From assembly GCF_009914755.1 (NCBI RefSeq), contig NC_060942.1: a stretch of 64,000 nt of DNA. One strand, given 5' to 3'. The notes below the pieces were generated by a model. It did not search any database. It saw only the letters and a program-made list of their open reading frames with translations, and had not been told where the DNA came from. A program made the position numbers and the translations under genes. The DNA is from the human T2T-CHM13v2.0 reference genome, Homo sapiens. Positions 13,640 through 35,485 of this stretch are shown here, piece by piece (the stretch's first letter is position 1; every line of letters begins with the position of its first letter).

Positions 13640-16600
13640 CCACCACTAGGTCTCAGACAGATGGACAAGAGGCGTTCAGGGAGAGCAGACAATCCATTGC
13701 CAGCAGACCTACCTTAATCGAGTGGTAGTAAAGGAAGTTCCCTAAGCAGAAAAGAAAGAATGATAGAAGCAAAGTTGGAACATCAGGAAGGAAAAACCGA
13801 AAACCCCAAAAAAACTTGGTAAGCAAAAATATGGGTAAGTAGGATTTCCTTCTCAACTTGAGTTTTATAAATTACATTTGATAGTTGAAACAAAAATTAT
13901 AACACTGCCTGAGGTGGTTCAAAATGTATATAGAGGTACTATTTAAAACAATTATAAACAGGTAAGAGTAAAGGAACCTATAGGAATATAGGTTTTCTAC
14001 ATTTCACTCAAACTGGTAAAATGACAGTAGTAGACTGTGATGTTATGAATATATAATGAAATTCCTAGTGCAAGTACTGAAAAAAGTATACAAAGATGTA
14101 TACACAAAATCATTACAGATAAATCAAAATGAAATTCTCAAAAATGTTGAGAATTCTCAAAAAGTAACTCAGGATAAGGCAGGAAAAAGAACAGAAAGAA
14201 CAGAACAAAGGTAAATGGAAAATGGGAGATTTAGATGCTAACATATCAGTAATTTACATTAATATAAATGGTCTATACTAATTAAAAGAAATGCTGGCAG
14301 AATGGATCAAGAAAACATGACCCAACTGTATACTGTCTACAAGAAACTCATTTCACATAACAAAGGCAAGCTGAAAAAAGTATGGAAAGATACATATCAG
14401 CTAAACGTTAAAAGAAAACAGTAATGGTCTATACTAATATCAAAATAGATTTCAGAGCAAAGAAAATACCAAAGAGGAACATATAATGATGAAAGGGTCA
14501 GTCCATGAGGAAGACATAGGAATCCTAAATAGGTATGCACCAAACAACAGAGCAGTAAAATATGTGAAGAAAAAAAATTGATAAATCCATAACTATATTT
14601 GAGTACTACAATATTTCTCTTTCAGCAATCAATAGAATTAAACATAAAATCAAGAATATAGAAGAACTCACTACTATCGGCCAATAAGATCTAATTTACA
14701 TTTATAGGATAAGCCATCCAATAACAGCAACATTCATATACCTTTCAAATGCTAACAACATAAACCGAGATAGGTCATATCATGGGCCATAAAACTCAAA
14801 AAGTGTAAAAGAAGTCAAAGTTTTCTCTGACCACAATATAATCAAACTAGGAATCATCAGAAGAAAGATAACAGGAAAATCTCCAAACACTTAAAACAAT
14901 GTAAGTAATCTATGGGTCAAAGAAGTCTCAAGGAAAATTAAAACCATGAACTGAATGAAAATGAAAATAAAACACCAGTGTTTGTGGAATATGGCAAAAG
15001 CAGTGCTGAAAGAGAACTTTATAGCACTAAATGCAAACCTTAGGAAAAAAAGGAAAAATCTCAATACTCTAAGCCCCAACTTCAAGCACCTGGAAAAAGA
15101 GCGAGGCTGGGTGCGGTGGCTCACACCTGTAATCCCAGCACTTTGGGAGGCTGAAGCAGGCGGATCACCTGAAATCAGGAGTTTGAGACCAGCCTGGCCA
15201 ACATGGTGAAACCCCATCTCTAGTAAAAATACAAAAATTAGCCAGGCGTGGTTGCACATGCCCGTAATCCCAGCTACTTGGGAGTCTGAGGCACAAGAAT
15301 CGCTTGAACCTGGGAGGCGGAGGTCGCGGTGAGCTGAGATTGCACCATTGCTCTCCATCCTGGGTGATAGAGTGAAACTGTCTCAAAAAAAAAAACAACA
15401 AAAAAACAAAATTAACTGAAAGCAGCCCAAAAGATGGAAATAAAGATAGGAACAGAAATCAATAAAATTGAAGCAAAAACATTAGAGAAAACCAATGAAA
15501 TAGCTTATTTGGAAAAAATAAAATTGGAAACACCTTTAGTAAGACTCACAAAGAAGACATTTCCAATATGAGGAATGAAACAGGAGATCACTAGACTCTG
15601 CAGACATCAAAAGGATAATAAGAGGATGCTGCAAACAACTCTACACACATAAATTGACAAACTAGTTGAAACAGACCAGTTTCTTAAACCTACCACAACT
15701 CATCCAATATGAAATAGATCATTTGAAAAAAAAAAAAAGATCATTTGAGTAAGTCTATAGCTATTAAGGAAATAAGATTCTTAATTTTGAAATCCCAAAA
15801 ATATCAGGCCTAGATGGTTTTACTGGAGAATTCTTACCAAATAACACTGATTCTGTAGTCTTCCAGGAAACAGAAGAGAAGGAAACACTTCCCAAATCGT
15901 TCTATGATACTTGTATTACCTTAATACAAACTCAAAGATAATACAAAAAAAAGAAAATTACAGATCAATATCCCTTGTGAATATTCACACAAAAATCCCT
16001 AACAAAACATTAGCAAATGGAATTCAGCAACCTATTAAAAAAAAAAAAAGCATCATGAGCAAGTGGGGTTTATTCTAGGCATCCCAGACTTCATGTTTGA
16101 AAATCAATCTAACCCATCACATTGTCAGACTAAAGGAGGAAAATGTTGTCATATCAGTTGATGCAGGCAAAGCACGTGACAAAATCCAACAACTATTCAT
16201 GATAAAAACTCAGAAAAATAGGAATAGGGGAGACTTCCTCAACTTAATAAAGAGCATCTAGCAAACACTGGCACCTAACATTTTATGCCTAATGGTGAAA
16301 AACTGAATGCTTTCTGCCTAAGATTGAGAACAAGTCAAAGATGTCTGATTTTACCACTCTTCAAAATAATGCTGAAAGTTCTAGCCAGTGTAATAAGGCA
16401 TGAAAAGGAAATACAGATTGGAAAGGAAGAAACAAAATGGTTCCTAGTTGCAGATGATGTGATTATCAATGTAGAAAATTCCAAGGAATGTATTTTTAAA
16501 CAACTAATAAATGAGTCCAGCAATGACACAAGATACAAGCTCTATGGACAAAAATTTTATTATTAGCAATGAATGTGTGAACACAAATTAGAAATACAAT

Positions 16601-18350
16601 ACCAATTACAACCACTTAAAAAAAGAAATAGGTGTCAGTCTAAAAAACATGTATAGGACTTACATGCTAAGAACTACACAATGCTGATAAAGATCTAAAT
16701 AAATGGAGAAACATACCATCTTCATGGATTGAAACACAACATGGTAAAGATGTTGATTCTCCCTCAATTTTATTAAATTTGACAGGCTTAATGCAATTTC
16801 TACCAAAATCTCAACAAGATGTATTTGTGTACAAACAAGCTTATTCTAAAGTTTATGTGTAAAGAAAAACTAGAATAGTTAAAACAATGTTGAAAAAAAG
16901 AAAGTGGGAAGGATCAGTCTACCTGATTTTAAGATATTATAGCTACAGTAATCAAGACTGTGTGTTATTGGTAGAGGGATAGACACATAGACCAATGGAA
17001 CAAAAGAGAACCCAGAAATTGATCCATACAAATACACACAGCTGATTTTTGACAAAGATGCAAAAGCGATTCAGTGGAGGAAAGCTAGCCTTTTTACCAA
17101 ATGGTGATGGAGAAACTGGACACACATAAAAATGAATGTTGACCCAAATCTTATACCTTGTACAAAAATGAACTAAAAATGCACTACATACTTAAAATAT
17201 CAAACTATAAAACTTTTAGAAAATAACCAAAATCTTTGGGATCTAGAATTAAGCAAGAAGTTCTTAGACCTGATACCAAAAGCTCAATTCAGAAATGGGA
17301 AAACTGGTCAATTGGATTTCATCAAAATGGAAAACTTTTGCTCTGTGAGTGACCCTAGTAAGAGTATAAAAAGACAAATTTTGGATGGGGAGAAAATATT
17401 TACAAGCCACATATCCAATTAAGGCCTCGTATCTAGAATGTATAAAGAATTCTCAAAACTCAACAATAAAAAAAATCCAATTAGAAAATGGACAAAAGAC
17501 ATTTCACCAAAAAGGATATACAAATGGCAAATAAGCACATGAAAAGATGTTCAACATTACTAGCTATTAGAAAAATGCAAATTAAAACCACAGTGACGTA
17601 TCACTGCACATAAATCAGGAAGGCTAAAGTAAAAAATAGTGACAGCACCAACTGCTAGTGGGGATACAGAGAAAATGGACCACATATACACATTGCTAGT
17701 GGGCATGTAAAATGGTACATCCACCCTGAAAAACACTTTGGCAGTTCCTTTTAAAGAAACTAAACAAGTACGTACCATATAACCCACCAACTGTAATCCG
17801 GGGCATTTATCCCAGAGAAGTATGAAAACGTACCTGAATGTTTATAGCAGCTTTATTTATACCAACTAAAAACTAGAAACAGCACAGATGTCCTTCACAG
17901 GTGAATGGTTGAATAAACTGTAATACACACATGGAATACTACTCAGCAATAAAAAGGATCAAATTATTAATACAAGCAGTAACCTTGATGAACATTTAGA
18001 GGACTACGTTGAGTGAAAAAAAGCCATTCCCAAAAGATGGATTATTCTATTTACAAAATGTTCTTGAAATGACAAAATTACAAAAATGGAGAACAGATCA
18101 GTAGTTGCCAAGGGAGGGCATGGGATGGGAGGTAAGTAGGTGTGAATCTAAAAGGGTAACAGATTCTTCTAGGGATGGAAATGTTGTCTATCTTGACTCT
18201 ATTAATGTGGATACCCTGGTGTGATATTGTACTAGCATTTGGCAAGATGTTACTGTTGGAGGAAACTGTGTTAAAGGTACATGGGATTGCCCAGTGTCAT
18301 TTCTTAGAACTGCATGTGAATCTATAATTATCTCAAAGTTTTAATTTTAA
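13640..18350 (+). mobile_element. Old L1M (L1MC/MD-like): ORF1 end, degenerate ORF2 and 3'UTR
   Basis: Fragments translate to L1 ORF2-like peptides (NGEKLNAFCLRLRTSQRC; [19 protein letters not shown]). 3' end ...gaactgcatgtgaatctataattatctcaaag. Confidence 0.88.
15105..15410 (+). mobile_element. AluS inserted in L1M
   Basis: Alu consensus with A tail. Confidence 0.95.
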
Positions 18351-19362
18351 AAAGTCATTACTATGAGGCTTATGATGAAAGACAACAGTCTCTTACCTCT
18401 GCATTTTCCACTCCCATTCCTGTTTGTCAGCTGTTTTTTCTGGGTTTACCCACATCTTTCTAAATAGCATAGTCATATTGCCATATCTTTCTTTTATTAT
18501 TAAATATAGACATCTACTGACTTCTTACTCTGGAAAATGTTGAGTTAGCTCTCTCATACCACTACTACCACCATTATTACCCATTCACCGAAGAAAGTAA
18601 ATCACAACTTTTGATTAATTCGTTATTCACAGCTGGGCCACTCTGTCAATTTTCTTTCTTATACAACTTTTTTGCCTTTTTCTGGAAGTTAATTGCCTCA
18701 ATATGTTCATTTGCTTGTTTTTCTGTGTAGCTCTTATTTGAGTCCCCAACTTTGCAACAGAATAATAAAATTCCTTCATTATGGTCAGTCACATCAGACA
18801 ACCTTTCAGTTACATTAATTAATTGAGTCTTCTGGAGGTGGCCCTCTGTCTTAGAGCTCCAGTTAGGACTAGCATTTCTCTAGGGCCGCCTCATAGTTGT
18901 CATCCATGGACATCTCTTCACCATCAGTGATAATATTCTTGAGGTTTCTTCTTTGGGACCAAAAAGGTGAAAGCGAGAGTTGGAGGATGTGACCTTAGTG
19001 AGTTGCCAGTGAAAGCATATAGAAATGGGCAAATCTAAAAACATCCCTGAAACAGAAATGTAACCGCAGGCATGGTAAGAGTAGGGGATTTAAATTAGGG
19101 AAGGCAGCCAAGCCTCTCCACAAGTATCTACTGATGGGCCCAGGAAGCAGGAGTTCAGCAGGGACAGAATCTGTCTCACTCGTCCTGGCGTCAGGGACGG
19201 CTGGCATCACCATCATCTGACTCAGGCTACAAGCAGGAAACAATTGACAGGCAGGAGGATCAGCCACGAGATCTCCAGTGCTAACAGTATCCTTTGCAAA
19301 ATTCCTTAGAATTTTGCAAACAACCCCTTTGGCTATAGTTATTGGCATTTAAAACAATTTTA

Positions 19363-19815
<453 letters not shown>

Positions 19816-20198
19816 TTACAAATATCCTGTGGGTTTGGGGACCTAGGGCTGCTGGGCCACTGGGGAAGCCTTTACTTGAAGAAAACCTGCAGAGCTGCCA
19901 GGGTCCACAGCAGCTGCCACAGTTGCTGCTTCAGGCAGAAATCAGGGGCAGTGCAGGTCATGGAAGCATAGGAAGAGGGCAGGGCTGGGGAAACCTGTGA
20001 CTGCTGCTGTGCCCGTGGTGTCCTTATAGAACTCTGGGAAAGTCCATGTCGGCCATGAAGCAGCCTGTAGGGCTCTTCAGAGCCTCCTTTAACTCCTGTT
20101 TTGTATAGTGGCCTTGTTAGGTAAACCACCTCTCTCTCCAACCCATGAGTTCTCAGAGAGCATGGAGTGTACTTCACATTTCATGTTAAAGTAAAAAA

Positions 20199-20410
20199 CT
20201 TTTTTTTTCTTTGAGACAGGGGCTCACTCTGTTGCCCAGGCTGGAGTGTAGTGAGCAATCACAGCTCACTGCAGCCTTGACTTCCCAGGCTTAAGTGATC
20301 CTATCTACCTCATCCTCCCAGGTAGATGGGATTACAGGTTTGTACCACCTTGCCCGGCTAATATTTTGTATTTTTTGTGGGGACAAGGTTTTGCCATGTT
20401 GCCCAGGCTA
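20199..20410 (-). mobile_element. AluJ part 1 (continues at ~24689-24766)
   Basis: Breaks at gcccaggctagg and resumes at aggctggtcttgagttcctg. Confidence 0.8.
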
Positions 20411-20411
20411 G

Positions 20412-20575
20412 GTTTTATTTGTTTTTGTTTTTTTTTTTTGAGACAGTCTCACTTTGTCACCAAGGCTGGAGTGCAGTGTTGCAACCTCTGCCTCCCGGGT
20501 TCAAGCGATTCTCCTACCTCAACCTCCTGAGTAGCTGGGATGACAGGTGTGCACCACCATGCCTGGCTAATTTTT
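20412..20575 (-). mobile_element. AluS right arm (left arm at 24541-24686), split by L1PA
   Basis: The arms are separated at the linker by a TSD-flanked L1. Confidence 0.88.
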
Positions 20576-24540
<3,965 letters not shown>

Positions 24541-24552
24541 ATGCCTGGCTAA

Positions 24553-25230
<678 letters not shown>

Positions 25231-26537
25231 CACACATGAAATCTAGCACGTGCTTGCTTGTTGTACGTACTCCAAGAGATGTGTTGATGGGTGGACTGGA
25301 AACTTTCTCTTCGAGGAGGTTGTGTCCCTCTCAGTGCTGTGCTGCTTTCATATCAGGCTGATCTCTAGGAAACAGACACATCTGAGAAGAACTTGCTCTG
25401 GGTAGGGGGCTGTGCTCCCTCGAATGATGAAATTAGTAGGTTCTCCAGATCACAGTAGCACTGCTCAGTGAGTGAGCCCTAAGAAGCTGCCTGGAGTGAA
25501 CCCCAGCTCATCCCAGCACTGCTGAGGAAGCTCTGGCTCTGAAGAGCAATGGATGCTCTGGTATTGTTCTTCTGGACCCTCAGGGAAAGGGTGGTCCTTG
25601 GGCCTGCAGGTCTCACAGCCCTGTGGCCATGGGAAGGAGCCCGGCTCACTTCCTACTTGGATAATGGCTCATCCACACTAAGCCTTTCTCAAAATCCCTG
25701 GATCACCTCATGATCCCTCTTGCTTCCGGTTTGTTCTACCCAGTTTACTTGTGTAATTACTCTTTTTTGTTTCCTTTTGTTTCAGGGAGTCTGTGTTATG
25801 CTTCTTGTCTAGAATATGAATTCCTTAAGGACATGATTTATCTAGTAAGCAAAGAAACCAACTTTAGCTAATTTAAGCAGATAAGAAATTTATGTCAAGG
25901 ATACAGCTTAGTAATCAGAATCTCCACTAGAGTAGGACACCCAGGCTTAGCGTCCACAGAGTCAGGAAGGAACTGCCCCACATCCCATTGCAGATTTGGT
26001 CTGGCGGAGTTCTCACTACCGTTGCTGGGCTCGGGCTTGAACTGAGACTCACAGTGAGCTTTTCCTGCACCGCCAACACTGGGGCCTGGATGCTATTGCT
26101 AGATCACTGTCCTTGCTGCCTCTGGAGCCTGGAGGCAACTGCCCTGCCAAAGGCCCAGATTCTTTACAGTCCCCACTTCTTTCTGTTGACTACAAAGCAA
26201 AGTGCGTCAGGTAAACGTGGGTGGAGAGCATAGATCATGTGTCCCTGTCTTGGCCTCAAGAGAGGCTGGGAAAGCAGAGATTTGGCATCTTTGGGTTCTG
26301 TAGCAGGAGCTGGGCTCTGCTTAGGAAGGTAGGGATTCCATAAGAGGGAACTTAGGCTACAGCAGGAATACTCTGTATTTTCTGTAGTGCCTGAACAATA
26401 CTTAGCATAGGTAATAAGCAGGTTGTTTCCAATTTGTGACTGGGGCATGACTCAGCTAAAATCTTGCTGATTAAGGATCCACAAAATAACAGATGTCCAT
26501 GTATTCATCACTATTTCTAGTTTTCAACTTAATTTGT

Positions 26538-26831
26538 TCTTTTTTTTTTTTTGAGACCGAGTTTTGCTCTTGTTGCCCAGGCTGGAGTGTAGTGCCATGG
26601 TCTTGGCTCACTGCAACTACACTCCCAGGTTCAAGTGATTCTCCTGTCTCAGCCTCCCGAGTAGCTGGGATTACAGGCATGCATCACCACACCCAGCATT
26701 TTTGTATTTTTAGTAGAGATGGGGTTTCACTATGTTGGCCAGGCTGGTCTTGAACTCCTGACCTCAGGTGATCCACCCACCTTGGCTTCCCAAAGTGCTG
26801 GGATTACGGGCGTAAGCCACCTCACCCAGCC
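26538..26831 (-). mobile_element. AluS
   Basis: Alu consensus; TSD caacttaatt(t/g)gttctt. Confidence 0.95.
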
Positions 26832-27469
26832 AACTTAATTGGTTCTTACTGAACCAGCCTACCTGGACACAATTAAGAATGTCAGAAACCTAATATTTCA
26901 GTAAAATGTCTATCCCAATGAAATATATCAATCTATTTTATTCATTTCTTTGTAACTCATTTATTCAACCAATGTTATGGAGTTTCCCTACTCCATATGT
27001 CTTCTCACCTTTTTCCATTGCAACAGAACTCCAATCTTATTCTGGGTAGAAAAAGATCCAGTTAAAAGATGACATTTGCCAGCCTTTTTTGCAGCTAGGA
27101 TACTAACTCAGGATTTTTTTCCTTACTTGGTTTTATAAAAGTTACTTGGCTCTCTGGATCTGTGTTGAGCAGTCTAGGGCTCTGGTGCCCACACAATGCC
27201 AATGGGAGGGCTGCCATAATCTCAGGACTAAAGACCCTTTCCTAGTCCTCAGGTTTTCATCACTGCTTCCCATTATGCTGCCATTTGAGATTTATAGATT
27301 TGTGGTCCAGGTCTTATTTGACTTCACTTCTATTTTTCATTGATACCCCCGTTTAAGGTAGTAGCATCCTGCACTGGATGAGAGGGGCTGGGTGTGAACT
27401 GGATCAGAGTTTGTAATGGTTTCCAGACAGTGGATGTGGGGGTTGGCAGCAGGGCTGGTGGCACTCGAA

Positions 27470-27625
27470 TGTCCCAGGAGTTCAGGGAGCTTTATACAAC
27501 TGCAGATTTCCTGGTATCCCAACAGACTTACTAAATCAGACTCTCTAGGGCCTAATAATATGTATTATTTGAAGTTCCTTGGGGGATTATGTTGCACAGC
27601 CTGGTTACAGAACCCTGAACTAGGT
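27470..27625. mobile_element. MER5-like hAT DNA transposon remnant
   Basis: gcagatttcctgg...cagacttactaaatcagactctctaggg. Confidence 0.55.
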
Positions 27626-27813
27626 GATCTATTTATAAGATTTGTTCAAACTCTATATTTGGCTGATGTCATCTTCATTTTATTTATCCAAAACAAACTT
27701 ACCTCACTGCAAATAATAAACAGAATCTTGGGTACACTCCTATTTTAGGATTTGGTGAATGTGGTTGATTTTATTGTTGTTTAAAAAAATCCACTACCCA
27801 TCCATTGTGGGAA

Positions 27814-28612
27814 TGATATGGGAGGGGGACAGGGAAGTGCTGGGTATAGAAGGGCAGGGTCCTTAGTGAGGGCTCCACCCTCGGGACTGTGCCCATGGAC
27901 CTGAGTGAGAACAGCCACTCCTGTTTTTGTGCCCAAATGTTGCATTTTCCAAGACCACTCTGACCTGCCACACCCCCCTTCCTGTGCCCATATAAACCCA
28001 AGAGCTCAGCGGGCACACACACAAGTGGCTGAATGTCAAGACCAGCAGATCATTGATGGTAGAACAACACAGCAGAGAAAGAAAAGAGGAGGGATGTTTG
28101 GACACCAAGGGGAGTTTGGCTGAGGGCAGCTGGAGAAGAGTCCAGCTGCTGGGTGGCCCGACTCCAGGGGAAGACCACCTTCCCACTCCATCCTCCCTTC
28201 TGGCTCCCCCTCCATCTTGCTGATAGCCCACTCCACCACCAATAAAACCTTGCACTCTTTCTTTGAGCCTGCATATGCCCCGATTCTTTCAGGACGCTGG
28301 ACAAGAGCTTGGGATGCAGAAGGCTGTCACACTGGACCTCTGCCCTTGCGATAAGGCAGAGGGTCTATTGAACTGACTAACACACAAGCCATCTGCAGAC
28401 CACAAAGCTGGAAGAGCTTGGTAACACTGGGGTTGCAGGAACCCACCCCTAGACACTACTGCAGGGCCGAGAGCCCAAAGCACTCACCCCAGCCTCTGCA
28501 CCTGCCCATCTGCACACTCCCCCTAGGGGTTTGAGCTGCAGGGTGACCAAATAGGCGAGCCACACCCCTGTCACAAGTCCTGCAAGGGGAATCAGGGAAC
28601 TCTCCTGTTTCA
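27814..28612 (+). mobile_element. Solo ERV1 LTR (LTR27/LTR1/MER52 group)
   Basis: TG...CA termini, 4-bp TSD GGAA (27810-13 and 28613-16), TATAAA-like box and AATAAA inside. Confidence 0.9.
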
Positions 28613-29084
28613 GGAAGATTATACTGTCTTTCCCCCAAGTTGATACCATGTGACCTGCTCTGACCTTTGAAATGCAGCAGAAGTAATATGTCACTCTCAA
28701 GAAGATAAAACAGAAGAAGGAAGAAGTGTCCTGAGGAACAAAGGCTGGTTAAAGCTCTTCGAGGTGGCAAATACCAAATCAAGGGTGTGGTAATCACACC
28801 CACTGCTGCAACTCCAACGGAAATAAAAGATGCCTTTGGCTGAATGTTTTGAGAGTCCTGTTGCCACCAGAGACTGACTGCGCCAGACCTAAAACAACAG
28901 TGGAGGCCCTTGTCTTCTGCTGAGCCCCTAAGAGGTCATATTTTCAAATGTTCTCTTCGGATTCAGCCAAAGAGAATGATAATGGAAAAAGAATACCTCC
29001 TGGGGCAGAGCCAAGGGTCACAGAAAACTCTGGACTGCCGTCAACTCCCGGGAGCAGAGCTTCTTGACTTCTGATGCTGCATTG

Positions 29085-30610
<1,526 letters not shown>

Positions 30611-30619
30611 AATTGCCCA

Positions 30620-31190
30620 AGTAACTTCACACTGGAGAAACCTGACAAACACTGCCTCAGCCAAGGCAGTCAAGGTTCACATCAACAGCTATGTTGTTAC
30701 TCTGTGCCCTTGATATGATGTGATAAAAATGTGACTTTACCTCTTTGGTCTTTTTTCCAGTCTAATCATAAGAAAAATGTCAGACAAATTCCAAGTGAAG
30801 GGCATTTCATAAAATACCAGTACTCCTAAAAACTGCCAAGGTCATTCAGAATAAGGAAAGTCTGAGAAACTGTCACAGCCAAGAAGAACCTAAGGATACA
30901 TGAGAATTAAGTGGAATGTGGTATTATGGATACAGACCTAATGTCCAGGAACAGAAGAAGGACATTAGGTAAAAATGAAGGAAATCTGAATAAATTATGG
31001 ACCCTGGTTAATAGTAATGTATCAAGATTGTTTCATTAATTATGCCAAATGTACCATTTCAGTGGAAGATGTTAATAATAGGAGAAACTGCATGCAAACT
31101 ATATGGAATCTTTTTGAATTATCTTCACAAATTTTCTGTAAATCTAAAACTTTATAAAATAACAAGTTTAACAAAATCAAACAAAAAACC
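30620..31190 (+). mobile_element. L1MC-like 3'UTR fragment in the opposite orientation
   Basis: gagaaacctgacaaacac...tgatatgatgtgata...tctgtaaatctaaaact plus an A-rich tail. Confidence 0.65.
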
Positions 31191-31314
31191 AATTGACCAC
31201 ATGTGTTTTGAAGCTCTGTTGTTGATTGTGGTTACATGTAGGATTTGGGCATCCTCTTAACGAGTTAGCAATTAAATAGTGAAATGTCTCTCTTTATCCT
31301 GATAATTTCTTCTT

Positions 31315-31612
31315 GCTTGTTTTTTTTTTGAAACAAGGTCTCGCTTTGTCACATAGGCTGGAGTGCAGTGGCACGAACATGGCTCACTGCAACCTCAACC
31401 TCCCAGGCTCAAGTGATCCTCACACCTCAGCCTCCTAAGAAGCTGGGAACACAGGCACATGCTACCACACCCAACTAATTTTTCTATTTTTTGTAGAGAT
31501 AGGGTTTCTGTGTGTTACTCAGGCTAGTCTCAAACTCCTGAGCTCAAGCAATCGGCCTACCTTGGCCTCCCAAAGTGCTGGGATTACAAGTGTGAGCCAC
31601 CACGCCTGGCCC
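31315..31612 (-). mobile_element. AluJ
   Basis: Alu consensus. Confidence 0.92.
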
Positions 31613-32384
31613 CTGATCATATTCTTTGCTCTGATTGTATTTTGTCAGATGCTATTGTAACAACTCCATTTCTTTTGATTCATATGCATGGTATATCTTT
31701 TCCCCATCCTTCTACTTATAGTTGGGTCTTGTTTTTTTCATCCAGCATGACCAGCTTGCTTTAAAAAAATCTCTCTATGTGGAGTATTTAGACCATTTAT
31801 AGTTCATATAACTATTGATATAGTTGGTTTTAAAACTCACATCTTGCTATTTGTTTGCTATTTATTCTACATTTTCTTTGTTCTTTTCCCCTCTATTCCT
31901 GATTTCTTTTGGAGTGATGTAGAATTTTGTATGATTCCATTTTATTTTCTCTACTGGCTTATTAGCACTACCTCTTTGTTGTATTTTCAGTGGCTTTTTT
32001 AAGGTTTACAATATATACTTTTAACATAGTCTACCTTTATATAGAGTTCTGTTTCTTTACTTATGATATGTGAGCCTTATTTTCATTTCCCTTCTTCTAT
32101 TCTTTGTGTTACTGCGGTTGTACATTTTATTTCTATATATGTTATAGACCCCACATTACATTGTTACTGTTTTTGTTTAAACAGGCAATTATCTTTTAAA
32201 ATATTAAAAAGTGGCTAGGCGCAGTGGCTCACACTTGTAATCCCAGGACTTTGGGAGGCCGAGATTGGAGAATTGCTTGAGCCTAGGAGTTCAAAACCAG
32301 CCTGGGCAACAAAAAGAAGAAAAGACTGCTTCACTACTATCTCAGGGATTGTCTTCCTGGCTGCCAACACTCATTCTGCAATTT

Positions 32385-33635
<1,251 letters not shown>

Positions 33636-34469
33636 CCTAAAATTTTTGATGCTGATACTTTCTTGATCTCATAGAAAGCTTTCAGAAACAGACAGAACTC
33701 CTTGTTCCTTCCTCAAATGGTCCTAAGGTGATTTGTTAACTGAAATTTCAAGGGTTCACGTATGTTCAGGATATGCAGTTTGACTGGCACTGGGCCACCC
33801 TCGATTGTAAGGTGCCTTCTGAGCTGTTGAAAAGTAATTAGTGTGTGTCTCCGAATCAGTTGCTAAAATGTGGCCTATAAATATTGTCCTGCAATTCCTT
33901 TTCTCATCTACTGATATATGCACAAGATCTTTTCACGTTAGCCCATTTAGAGCTGCTACCTTGTTTTAAAACACTGTATGAAACCTACAGTATTCCCAGT
34001 ATGGTTCTACCACAACTCCTCTAACCACTGTTCTATTAATAGGTCTCTAACTTGTTTCTAAATAGTACCAAATGGTACAATAAATATATCTCACATGCCT
34101 CTGAGTATATTTCTCTAGGACAGATATTGAGAAGGGGAGTTGTTGGATTGAAGGGTATGCCCATTTAAAAATTTTAATTGTCTCCCAGAAGCCCTTATCA
34201 TTTTGCAGTCCCACCAAATGTGTATTCAAGTGTTTATATATTCCATTGCCCTTGCCCACGTTGGATATTATATATTTAGGAATTTGTGACAATCACATTG
34301 GGTTAAGAGCGATGCTATAATGTCATTTTACTTTGCATTTTCCTGACTAGTATTAAGGTAAGATGATTTTAACATGCAGAGCAGATGAAAATACTCCTCC
34401 CCACCAACTTACTGGCTCACTGTTCCATGGGTCAGGAGTGCAGCCTTTTTTGTTTTGTTTTGTTTTAAT

Positions 34470-34764
34470 AGAGATGAGGTCTCGCCATGTTGCCCAGGCT
34501 GGAGTGCAGTGGCTACTCACAGGTGCAGTCCCACTACTGATCAGCATGAGAATTTTTACTTGCGGTTTCGGACTTGGGCCAATTCACCCTCCTTGAGCAA
34601 TCCTGTGGTCCTCACTCCCAGGAGGTCACCTTATTGATGCCAGACTTAGTCCAGACACCTGATGGGCATAGTGTACTACAGCCTAGAACTCCTGGGCTCA
34701 AGCAGTCCTCCTGCCTCAGCCTCCCAAGTAGTTGTGATCACAAGGGTGAACTTCCACATCCAGC
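34470..34764 (-). pseudogene. 7SL (SRP) RNA processed pseudogene
   Basis: Alu-domain ends enclose the S domain (ccactactgatcagca...ggaggtcaccttattgatgcc...gacttagt), with an A-rich tail at 34446-34469. Possibly RN7SL695P, from memory and unverified. Confidence 0.92.
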
Positions 34765-35300
34765 AGGAGGCCAGTACATTGTAGCTGGGTCCTCCTTTCA
34801 GCATCTTGTAAGGCTGAAACCAAGGTGCTGGCCAGGTGTGTCCTCATCTGGAGGCTTGATCCACTTCCAGACTTCCTCGGGCTGTTGGCAGAATTCACTT
34901 TCTTACAGTTGGAGGACTGAGGTCCCTTTGTCTTGCTGGCTGTTGGCTGGGAACTGTTCTCAAATCCTAGAGGCCACTCTCAGGGCTTGCCACGTGACTT
35001 CCTCCAGCTCAGCCACGGGACCCACCCACCGTCAAGTCCCTCTCATGCTTTGAAGCTCTCAGACTTCCCCTTCTATGACCCATGGAAGAAAACGGTCTGC
35101 TTTCAAAAGGCTCACGTGATTAGGTCAGGGCCACCCAGATCATCTCCCTATTTTAAGATCAACTTTACCATCTGACATAACTGAATCACAGGAGTAAAAT
35201 CTGTGATATTCACAGTCTCAGGGATCCTTCAGGTCAGGGTACAGGCACTCAGGGAACAGGAAGCTTTGGAAGCCATCTTAGAATTCTGCCCACCATACCA
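34765..35300 (-). mobile_element. MLT1 (MaLR) LTR, host of the 7SL copy
   Basis: ctgttggcagaattcactttctt...tgattaggtcagggccacccaga...ttagaattctgcccaccata. Confidence 0.7.
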
Positions 35301-35377
35301 CCAAAGAGGGTGCAAAAGAGAGACCTTTCACATCAGACAGGAAGTTGTATGTGGGCACTGCTTGTGCTAGGAACAGG

Positions 35378-35485
35378 GGTGTGTGTGTGTGCATGTGTGC
35401 ATGCGTGTGTGTGCATGTGTGCGTGTGTGTGTGTATGCATTTGTGTGTGTGTGCATGCATGCATGCACGTGTGTGTGTGTGTGTA
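35378..35485. repeat. (TG)n/(TGCA) compound microsatellite
   Basis: Directly visible. Confidence 0.95.
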
